The notes below the pieces were generated by a model. That model had not been told where the DNA came from, searched no databases, and saw only the letters and a list, made by a program, of their open reading frames with translations. Of a stretch of 64,000 bases of DNA, positions 10,240 through 22,200 are shown in pieces; the stretch's first letter is position 1, and the number at the start of each line of letters is the position of its first letter. The position numbers and the translations under genes were made by a program. The DNA lies in assembly GCA_965223415.1 (NCBI GenBank), contig OZ245002.1, forward strand, positions 1,152,001-1,216,000, given 5' to 3'. This DNA comes from Myxococcota bacterium. Its GTDB lineage: Bacteria > Myxococcota_A > UBA9160 > UBA6930.

Positions 10240-13200
10240 TTGGCCCGCCGGAGACGTCGTCAGCGCAAGAAGGCAGAGAGGAAGAAGGTCCTCCAGCAGC
10301 CGGGCCAGCCGGCCCTGGAGGCGCTGGAGCCGCGGGTCCTGCTCTCGACCTTCACCGTCGCCCCGGAGGCCGACTCGCTCGAGGAGGCGATGTCCGCCGC
10401 GGATCCCGCGACCGGCGCGATCGAGTTCACCCTGAATGCCGACCCCGCCGCCGCGGTCGACGAGGTCGCCGTCGAGAGCCGCTCCGAGCTTGTGTTCGTC
10501 GACACCGGCGTGGAGGACTATCAACGCCTCGTCGACGACCTGCGCGCCGCGAGCCCGGACGGCCGCACGGTGGAGGTCTTCCTGCTCGATACGGAGCGGG
10601 ACGGCGTCGAGCAGATCAGCGAGATCCTGAGCGACCACCAGGGCGTCGATGCGATCCACGTCGTCTCCCACGGCACCGACGGCGCCGTGCAGCTCGGAGA
10701 CACGTGGCTCTCGGGCGACACCCTCGCTCGCTACGAGACGGACCTCATGGGCTGGGCCGAAGCGCTCTCCGCGGAGGCCGACCTGCTCTTCTACGGCTGC
10801 GACCTGGCCGCGGGAGCGAGCGGCAATGCCCTGGTCCAGTCCATCGCGAAGCTGACGGGCGCCGACGTGGCGGCGAGCGAAGACCTCACCGGCGCGAAGG
10901 CGCTCGGAGGCGACTGGACCCTGGAGGTCGCCACCGGCGACGTGGAGACGAGCCTCGCCTTCAGCGAGACACTGCAGCGTTCGTGGAGCGCCACGCTCGA
11001 GACCGCGACCTTCCAGCAGGGGGTCGGCGGCTACACCGGAACCCTCGACACGGAGATCGACTCGGCGAACCCCGGGACGACACTCGGCAGCAGCGTCACC
11101 CTCGAAGCCGACACCGTCAATTCCAGCGGCGGGGTCTCTCAGGGGCTGCTCCAGTTCGGCGACTTGTTCGGAACGGGGCCGGGCCGCATCCCGCTCGGAT
11201 CGACGATCACGTCGGCGACCCTCGAGCTGAACGTCACGGATGCGACGGGGGCCAGTGCCAACGTCGCGCTCCACCGGATGCTCACGCCCTGGGACGAGTC
11301 CTCCACCTGGAACTCGCTCTCCGGCGGTGTTCAGTTCGACGACGTGGAGGCGATGATCGCGGCGGACGGTCAGGTGGCCACGCCCGCGGCGACCGGGCCG
11401 ATCACCGTCTCGGGGCTCGAGAGCGCGCTCCAATCCTGGTCCGACGGCGCCGGCAACCACGGCTGGGTGATCGACATCACCAGCTCCAACGCCTGGGTGG
11501 TGAGCACGTCGGAAGACGCCACGGCGAGCCTGCGGCCGAAACTGACCGTCGAGTACGTCGCCCCGAACAGCGTGGCCGTCGCGAGCGACGACTCCCTCAA
11601 CACCACCGAGGGCATCCCGGTCGTCTTCGACCCGACCAGCAACGATACGGACGCGGACTCCGAAGCCGTGAGCATCGTCGAGTTCACCCAGCCGGCCAAC
11701 GGGACCGTGGTCGACAACGGAGACGGCACGCTCACCTACACCCCGGACGGGGGCTTCTCGGGTGCCGACACCTTCGACTACCTGGCGATCGACGCCGGGA
11801 GCGGGCTGCAGCACCACTGGGGGCTTGCAGGGAATGCCACCGACTCGATCGGCGGCGCCGATGGCTCGCGGATCGGCACCACGACCGTGCCCGGGAACCT
11901 CGGCAGCGGCCTCTCCTTCGACGAGATCGACGACCACGTCCTGCTGCCGGACATCAGCTACGCCAGCGAGTTCACCGTCTCGTTCGACTTCAAGGTCGAC
12001 GAGAACAACGGCTCCCTCGTCCAGTACCTCTACAGCCACGGGGATGTCAACAGCACCAACAGCCTGAACGTCTTCCTCCTCGAAGGTGCTCACACGACCG
12101 ACCCCAATATGCTGCGCACGGTCATCCGCGACGGGAACGACACACTGGACAACAGCGCCCTCCAGGTGGACATCGCCTCGCTGGTCGGCGACAGCCAGTG
12201 GCACACCTACACCCTGACCGTCGGGGCAGCCGGGGCCGAGGTGTTCATCGACGGCGTGCTCTCCAACAGCGCTTCCTACGGCTCCGACGGCCTGGACCCG
12301 GCCGGAGACGTCCATCTCGGCGCGCGCCACGATCTCGACCCGGACAGATTCTTCGGGGGCTCCCTCGACTCCGTTCAGCTCTACTCCAGGGCGCTGAGCA
12401 GCACGGAGGTCTCGGATCTCGCCTCCAGGGCGAATCGGGCGACGGCCGTGGTCACGGTCGCTGCCGAACCGACGCCGACGGTCTCGGCCTCTGGGTCGTC
12501 CACGATCACCGCGGGAGCCGTCTACACCCTGAACCTGAGCAGTGCGAATCTCGGCACGATCAGCGGGTGGACCATCAACTGGGGAGACGGCACGATCGAT
12601 GCCGTGGCGGGCGATCCGGGATCCGTCGACCATGTCTACACCCAGGCGGGGATGACCCACGAGATCACGGTTTCCGCGACCGACGAGAATGGCACCTTCA
12701 CGAGCAGCCGGCTCTTGACGGCCAGTGACCACAACAGCACGGTCTACCTGCTCGACGGCAGCACCGGAGATATCGCGCAGAAGCTTCCCACCAGTCCAGA
12801 GCTGGCCCGAAGCACAGGCGCGACCATTGGCCCCGATGGGAACTTCTACGTAGCCTCGTTGGACACGGACAGCATCGTCCGCTTCGACGGCTCGACGGGG
12901 GCATTCCTAGGAACCTTCGTTTCCGCCGGTAGCGGAGGGCTGGACCAACCGATGGGCCTCGACTTCGGCGCGGACGGCAACCTCTACGTCGCTAGCTACG
13001 TCACGCACGAGGTCCTTCGCTACGACGCCGCAACGGGCGCCTTCATCGACGCCTTCGTCCCGTCCACAGCAGGCGTGAACGGTCCGACTTCTGTGGAGTT
13101 CGGCCCCGACGGCCACCTCTATGTCGCGAGCTGGTCCTCCGGCATGGTCCACCGCTTCGACGGAAGCACCGGCGCGTTCATCGACGACTTCGCCGATACC

Positions 13201-16200
13201 GGCGGTGCCGGCGCGACCGACGTGGCGTTCGGCCCAGACGGACACCTCTACGTCAGCAGTGCTCTCCAGAATCGCGTGTTCGAGTTCGACGGGGTGAACG
13301 GCGCCTCGCTCGACTCCTTCGCGGTCAGCTCCGCCTACTCCCTCGAGTTCGGGCCCGACGGGCACCTCTACGTCAGCCGCTGGGGCTACGACCTGATCGA
13401 GGAGTATGACCCCGACTCGAACACCCTGCTCGGCACTTTCGCCGACGCCGCTGACGGCATCGATGGGCCCTGGGGCATCGACTTCACGCCGAACCAGCAG
13501 GTCACCGTCCTGGCGAACCCCGCGCCGACGGCGGTGAACGACTTGGCCGCCGTGAACGAGGGTGGCAGCGTCATCATCGATGTGGCCGGGAACGACAGCG
13601 ATCCCAACAACGCCCTCGACCTCTCCTCCATCGCCGTCACCTCCGGGCCCGCCAACGGCTCCCTCGTCGACAACGGCGACGGCACCCTCACCTACACCCA
13701 TGACGGCTCCGAGACCGTCGGAGATTCCTTCTCCTACACCGTCGACGACGTCTTGGGCGCCAGCTCCAACGTCGCCAGTGTAACCCTCACGGTCACGCCG
13801 CAGAACGACTCTCCGTCGGTTGTCGGCCTCCACAACGACGAGCTGAACTACACGGAAGGAAGTGGCACCGTCATCCTCGAACAGGGGGGCGACGTCTTGG
13901 TCAGCGACGTGGACTCGGCGGACTTCGCCGGTGGGTCCCTGAATGTCGAGGTCGACAGCGGCCTGGTCGCCACCGAGGATGTCTTCGCGATCCGCAACCA
14001 GGGCTCGGGGGCCGGCCAGATCGGGATCGTGGGAAGCGATGTGACCTACGGCGGGGTGGTGATCGGCTCCTTCGTCGGTGGCACGGGCGTGACGCCCCTG
14101 ACGGTTTCGTTCAACTCGAATGCGACCGCCACCGCCGTGACGCACCTTGTCCGGAACATCACCTATGAGAATCTCGACCTCGAGGACCCGACCGAGGGTG
14201 CCCGCAGCGTGACGGTCGACATCACGGACGGTGATGGAGGGACGAGCGGCACCCAGAACCTGACCGTCAACGTCACGGCGGTGAACGATCAAGCCATTGC
14301 CGACCTCGATGGCGCGGACGGAGCGGGCCGCGATTTTTCGGCGACCTTTACTGAAGGGACGGGTCCCGTGGGCGTGACCGACGCCGACGCCACGGTATCC
14401 GATGTCGACGACTCCGACTTCGCGGGACTCGGAATCAACCTGTCTGACTTCCTGGACGGGACCAGCGAGAAGATCACGATCGCCGGCTACACCTTCGCGT
14501 TCGGTGTGCCTGAGGTCGTTATTCGGACGATCGGAAGCACTGATTTCGAGATCGACTTCGACGGCAGCGGCTTCACGATCTCGCGGGACATCAGCGGCAA
14601 CATGCCGCAGGCCGACCTCCAGACGCTCGTCCGGGGCATCACCTACGAGAACACCTCCTCGGATCCCACGACCGGCGACCGATCCTTCGACATCATCCCC
14701 CAGGACGGCGGCGGGCTGAACGGCCTCTCGTCGACGGCCACGATCTCGGTCGTCGCTACGAACACGGCGCCCACGGCCCTCGATGATGCAGCCTCGGTCG
14801 ATGAAGGCGCCTCGGTGGTGATCGATCTCTCGGGCAACGACTCCGATCCGGACAACGCACTGGACCTCGGCTCGATCGTCATCACGTCAGGCCCTGCCAA
14901 CGGCACGCTGGTCGACAACGGCGATGGGACCCTCACCTACACCCACGACGGCTCCGAGACGATGGGGGACGGCTTCTCGTACACCATCCAGGATGCCTCG
15001 GGGGCCACCAGCAACGTCGCCTCGGTCACCCTGACCGTGACTCCGGTGAACGAGGCACCCACGGACGTCGTCTTCGACTCCGAGTCCACGGCGGAGCGGA
15101 GCCTCAACACCTACGGCACCGGGGACCAGATGGACCCGGCGATCGCCGCCCTGCCCGACGGTGGGTTCGTCGCGGTCTGGGTCTCTCAGGGTCAGGACGG
15201 AGATGGCTACGGCATCTACGGCCGGCGCTTCGACGCCGCGAGCGTTGCCGTGGGGTCCGAGTTCCTCGTCACCTCCGAGATCTCCGATCACGAGACCAAT
15301 CCTTCGGTCACGGCCTTCGCCGACGGCGGCTTCGCCGTCGCGTGGCAAGACCAGGCCTCCGGGGTCAACGCCTGGACCGAAGCCCGGGTCTTCGCGGCAG
15401 ACGGGACGCCAGCCTCGGGGGAGTTCCGCCTCAGCCCGGGACTCGATGGCGACCACGAGGGTTACCAGCCGGCGGTCGTCGCCCTCAACGCTGACGAGTT
15501 CGTCGCGGTCTGGGCCAACGAGGTGGGCGGATCAACCTACGAGGTCGTGGGTCGCATCTACGACCGGGCCGGCAACGCCGTCAGTGGGCAGTTCTCGGTC
15601 GGGTCCCTGGCCTCCGGCTCGGGGCTCTTCGGGGCTCAGACCGAGGTCGCGAGGCTCGACGACGGCGGCTTTGCGGTCGTGTGGCGGACCCACGACGGTG
15701 CGAATCTGGGAACCCGGGTTCGCGTCATGAATGCGGACGGGACCCCGCGGTCTGCGGAGCTGGTCCTCGCGGGCGACGACATCGGCGACGTTGCCGCGCT
15801 GTCGAGCGGTGGCTTCGTCGTCACCTACGATGCGTCCGGGGACCTCCATGCCTCGATCTTCGATGCCAGCGGAGTCTCCGTGGCGGGGCCCGTCAAGGTC
15901 AACACCACTTCCTCCGCCGCCCGCTACGAGTCGAGCGTCGCGCGCTCGGATGACGGCTTCGTCGTCGCCTGGGAATCGAGTGCGGGAGACGGAAGCGGCT
16001 CTTCCGTCCTCGCACAGCGCTTCGACGCGAACGGAACCCGGATCGACGCCGAGATCCTCGTCAACGAGACGACGACCGGCAACCAGGTCAAGCCGGAGCT
16101 CGTCGAGACGAGCTCCGGACAAGTCGTCGCGGTCTGGCAGAGCGAGAACGTCGACGCCGACCTCAGCGGCATCGCCTCCCGGGTGGTTGCCACCGGCTCG

Positions 16201-19200
16201 GCTTCGGTCGCCGAGAACGCGATCGCTGGGGCTCGGGTGGCGGATGCCCTCGGCGTCGCGGATCCCGACGCTGACGATACCCACACCTTCTCGCTGATCG
16301 ACGACGCGGGAGGCCGCTTCGCGATCGATTCGGTCACCGGCGAGATCACCGTGGCGGATGGAAGCCTGCTCGACTACGAAACCGCGACGAGCCACACCGT
16401 CACGGTACGCGCGACGGACGCCGGGGGCCTGAGCTACGACGAGGCCCTGGTCATCTCCCTGCTCGACGTCGACGAGGCCCCCTCGGCGGTGGCCGACGCC
16501 GCGACCGTCGGCGAGGGCGCAAGCGTCACGATCGACCTGGCCGCCAACGACGCCGATCCGGAGGGTGCCCTCGACCTGACCTCGATCCAGATCATCTCCG
16601 GCCCCGCCAACGGCACCTTGGTGGACAATGGCGACGGTACCCTCACCTACACCCACGATGGCTCCGAGACCGTTGGCGACAGCTTCTCCTACACCATCGA
16701 TGACGTCTCGGGGGCTGCCTCCAACGTCGCCTCGGTCACCCTGACGGTCACGCCCCAGAACGACGCCCCGACTGCGGCGAACGATGCGGCCACGGTCGAC
16801 GAGGGCAGCTCCGTCGTCATCAATCTCACCGGAAACGACTCCGACCCCGACAACGCCCTCGACCTCTCCTCGATCACGATCACCTCGGGCCCCGCCAACG
16901 GCACGCTGGTCGACCACGGCGACGGCACCTTCACCTACACCCACGATGGCTCCGAGACCGTTGGCGACAGCTTCTCCTACACCATCGATGACGTCTCGGG
17001 GGCTGCCTCCAACGTCGCCTCGGTCACCCTGACGGTCACGCCGCAGAACGATGCCCCGACTGCCACCAACGATGCGGCCACGGTCGACGAGGGCAGCTCC
17101 GTCGTGATCAATCTCACCGGAAACGACTCCGACCCCGACAACGCCCTCGATCTCTCCTCGATCACGATCACCAGCGGTCCCGCCAACGGCACGCTCGTCG
17201 ACCACGGCGACGGCACCCTCACCTACACCCACGATGGCTCCGAGACCGTTGGCGACTCCTTCTCCTACACCATCGACGACGTCTCGGGCGCCACCTCGAA
17301 CGTCGCCTCGGTCACCCTGACGGTCACGCCGCAGAACGATGCCCCGACTGCCACCAACGATGCGGCCACGGTCGACGAGGGCAGCTCCGTCGTGATCAAC
17401 CTGGCTGGGAACGACTCGGACCCGGACAACGCCCTCGACCTCTCCTCGATCACGATCACCTCGGGCCCCGCCAACGGCACCCTGGTGGACAATGGCGATG
17501 GCACCCTCACCTACACCCACGATGGCTCCGAGACCGTTGGCGACTCCTTCTCCTACAGCATCGATGACGTCTCGGGCGCCACCTCGAACGTCGCCTCCGT
17601 CACCCTGACGGTCACGCCGCAGAACGATGCCCCGACTGCCACCAACGATGCGGCCACGGTCGACGAGGGCAGCTCCGTCGTGATCAACCTGGCTGGGAAC
17701 GACTCGGACCCGGACAACGCCCTCGACCTCTCCTCGATCACGATCACCTCGGGCCCCGCCAACGGCACCCTGGTGGACAATGGCGATGGCACCCTCACCT
17801 ACACCCACGATGGCTCCGAGACCGTTGGCGACTCCTTCTCCTACAGCATCGATGACGTCTCGGGCGCCACCTCCAACGTCGCCTCCGTCACCCTGACCGT
17901 CACGCCCCAGAACGACGCCCCGACCGCCGCCAACGATGCGGCCACGGTCGACGAGGGCAGCTCCGTCGTGATCAACCTGGCCGGGAACGACTCGGATCCG
18001 GACAACGCTCTCGACCTCTCCTCGATCACGATCACCTCGGGTCCGACCAACGGCACGCTGGTCGACCACGGCGACGGCACCTTCACCTACACCCACGATG
18101 GCTCCGAGACCGTCGGCGACAGCTTCTCCTACAGCATCGATGACGTCTCGGGCGCCACCTCGAACGTTGCCTCCGTCACCCTGACCGTCACGCCGCAGAA
18201 CGACGCCCCGACCGCCGCGAACGATGCGGCCACGGTCGACGAGGGGAGCTCCGTCGTCATCAACCTCACCGGGAACGACTCGGACCCGGACAACGCTCTC
18301 GACCTCTCCTCGATCACGATCACCTCGGGCCCCGCCAACGGCACCCTGGTGGACAATGGCGACGGCACCTTCACCTACACCCACGACGGCTCCGAGACCG
18401 TTGGCGACAGCTTCTCCTACACCATCGATGACGTCTCGGGGGCTGCCTCCAACGTCGCCTCGGTCACCCTGACGGTCACGCCCCAGAACGACGCCCCGAC
18501 TGCGGCGAACGATGCGGCCACGGTCGACGAGGGCAGCTCCGTCGTCATCAATCTCACCGGGAACGACTCGGATCCGGACAACGCTCTCGACCTCTCCTCG
18601 ATCACGATCACCAGCGGTCCCGCCAACGGCACGCTGGTCGACCACGGTGACGGCACCTTCACCTACACCCACGACGGCTCCGAGACCGTTGGCGACTCCT
18701 TCTCCTACACCATCGACGACGTCTCGGGCGCCACCTCCAACGTCGCCTCGGTCACCCTGACCGTCACGCCCCAGAACGACGCCCCGACTGCGGCGAACGA
18801 TGCGGCCACGGTCGACGAGGGCAGCTCCGTCGTCATCAATCTCACCGGGAACGACTCGGATCCGGACAACGCTCTCGACCTCTCCTCGATCACGATCACC
18901 AGCGGTCCCGCCAACGGCACGCTGGTCGACCACGGTGACGGCACCTTCACCTACACCCACGACGGCTCCGAGACCGTTGGCGACTCCTTCTCCTACACCA
19001 TCGACGACGTCTCGGGCGCCACCTCCAACGTCGCCTCGGTCACCCTGACCGTCACGCCCCAGAACGACGCCCCGACTGCGGCGAACGATGCGGCCACGGT
19101 CGACGAGGGCAGCTCCGTCGTCATCAACCTGGCCGGGAACGACTCGGACCCGGACAACGCCCTCGACCTCTCCTCGATCACGATCACCAGCGGTCCCGCC

Positions 19201-22200
19201 AACGGCACGCTCGTCGACCACGGCGACGGCACCCTCACCTACACCCACGATGGCTCCGAGACCGTTGGCGACTCCTTCTCCTACACCATCGACGACGTCT
19301 CGGGCGCCACCTCGAACGTCGCCTCGGTCACCCTGACCGTCACGCCCCAGAACGACGCCCCGACCGCCGCGAACGATGCGGCCACGGTCGACGAGGGCAG
19401 CTCCGTCGTGATCAACCTGGCCGGGAACGACTCGGACCCGGACAACGCTCTCGACCTCTCCTCGATCACGATCACCAGCGGTCCCGCCAACGGCACGCTC
19501 GTCGACCACGGCGACGGCACCTTCACCTACACCCACGATGGCTCCGAGACCGTTGGCGACTCCTTCTCCTACACCATCGATGACGTCTCGGGCGCCACCT
19601 CGAACGTTGCCTCCGTCACCCTGACCGTCACGCCCCAGAACGACGCCCCGACTGCGGCGAACGATGCGGCCACCGTCGACGAGGGCAGCTCCGTCGTGAT
19701 CAACCTGGCCGGGAACGACTCGGACCCGGACAACGCCCTCGACCTCTCCTCGATCACGATCACCTCGGGCCCCGCCAACGGCACCCTGGTGGACAATGGC
19801 GATGGCACCCTCACCTACACCCACGATGGCTCCGAGACCGTTGGCGACTCCTTCACCTACACCATCGATGACGTCTCGGGCGCCACCTCGAACGTCGCCT
19901 CGGTCACCCTGACGGTCACGCCCCAGAACGACGCCCCGACTGCGGCGAACGATGCGGCCACCGTCGACGAGGGCAGCTCCGTCGTCATCAACCTGGCCGG
20001 GAACGACTCGGATCCGGACAACGCTCTCGACCTCTCCTCGATCACGATCACCAGCGGTCCCGCCAACGGCACGCTCGTCGACCACGGCGACGGCACCTTC
20101 ACCTACACCCACGATGGCTCCGAGACCGTTGGCGACTCCTTCTCCTACACCATCGATGACGTCTCGGGCGCCACCTCGAACGTTGCCTCCGTCACCCTGA
20201 CCGTCACGCCCCAGAACGACGCCCCGACTGCGGCGAACGATGCGGCCACCGTCGACGAGGGCAGCTCCGTCGTGATCAACCTGGCCGGGAACGACTCGGA
20301 CCCGGACAACGCCCTCGACCTCTCCTCGATCACGATCACCTCGGGCCCCGCCAACGGCACCCTGGTGGACAATGGCGATGGCACCCTCACCTACACCCAC
20401 GATGGCTCCGAGACCGTTGGCGACTCCTTCACCTACACCATCGATGACGTCTCGGGCGCCACCTCGAACGTCGCCTCGGTCACCCTGACGGTCACGCCCC
20501 AGAACGACGCCCCGACTGCGGCGAACGATGCGGCCACCGTCGACGAGGGCAGCTCCGTCGTCATCAACCTGGCCGGGAACGACTCGGATCCGGACAACGC
20601 TCTCGACCTCTCCTCGATCACGATCACCAGCGGTCCCGCCAACGGCACGCTGGTCGACCACGGTGACGGCACCTTCACCTACACCCACGACGGCTCCGAG
20701 ACCGTTGGCGACTCCTTCTCCTACACCATCGACGACGTCTCGGGCGCCACCTCCAACGTCGCCTCGGTCACCCTGACCGTCACGCCCCAGAACGACGCCC
20801 CGACTGCGGCGAACGATGCGGCCACGGTCGACGAGGGCAGCTCCGTCGTCATCAACCTGGCCGGGAACGACTCGGACCCGGACAACGCCCTCGACCTCTC
20901 CTCGATCACGATCACCAGCGGTCCCGCCAACGGCACGCTCGTCGACCACGGCGACGGCACCCTCACCTACACCCACGATGGCTCCGAGACCGTTGGCGAC
21001 TCCTTCTCCTACACCATCGACGACGTCTCGGGCGCCACCTCGAACGTCGCCTCGGTCACCCTGACCGTCACGCCCCAGAACGACGCCCCGACCGCCGCGA
21101 ACGATGCGGCCACGGTCGACGAGGGCAGCTCCGTCGTGATCAACCTGGCCGGGAACGACTCGGACCCGGACAACGCTCTCGACCTCTCCTCGATCACGAT
21201 CACCAGCGGTCCCGCCAACGGCACGCTCGTCGACCACGGCGACGGCACCTTCACCTACACCCACGATGGCTCCGAGACCGTTGGCGACTCCTTCTCCTAC
21301 ACCATCGATGACGTCTCGGGCGCCACCTCGAACGTTGCCTCCGTCACCCTGACCGTCACGCCCCAGAACGACGCCCCGACTGCGGCGAACGATGCGGCCA
21401 CCGTCGACGAGGGCAGCTCCGTCGTGATCAACCTGGCCGGGAACGACTCGGACCCGGACAACGCCCTCGACCTCTCCTCGATCACGATCACCTCGGGCCC
21501 CGCCAACGGCACCCTGGTGGACAATGGCGATGGCACCCTCACCTACACCCACGATGGCTCCGAGACCGTTGGCGACTCCTTCACCTACACCATCGATGAC
21601 GTCTCGGGCGCCACCTCGAACGTCGCCTCGGTCACCCTGACGGTCACGCCCCAGAACGACGCCCCGACTGCGGCGAACGATGCGGCCACCGTCGACGAGG
21701 GCAGCTCCGTCGTCATCAACCTGGCCGGGAACGACTCGGATCCGGACAACGCTCTCGACCTCTCCTCGATCACGATCACCAGCGGTCCCGCCAACGGCAC
21801 GCTGGTCGACCACGGTGACGGCACCTTCACCTACACCCACGACGGCTCCGAGACCGTTGGCGACTCCTTCTCCTACACCATCGACGACGTCTCGGGCGCC
21901 ACCTCCAACGTCGCCTCGGTCACCCTGACCGTCACGCCCCAGAACGACGCCCCGACTGCGGCGAACGATGCGGCCACCGTCGACGAGGGCAGCTCCGTCG
22001 TCATCAACCTGGCCGGGAACGACTCGGACCCGGACAACGCCCTCGACCTCTCCTCGATCACGATCACCAGCGGTCCCGCCAACGGCACGCTCGTCGACCA
22101 CGGCGACGGCACCCTCACCTACACCCACGATGGCTCCGAGACCGTCGGCGACTCCTTCTCCTACACCATCGATGACGTCTCGGGCGCCACCTCCAACGTC

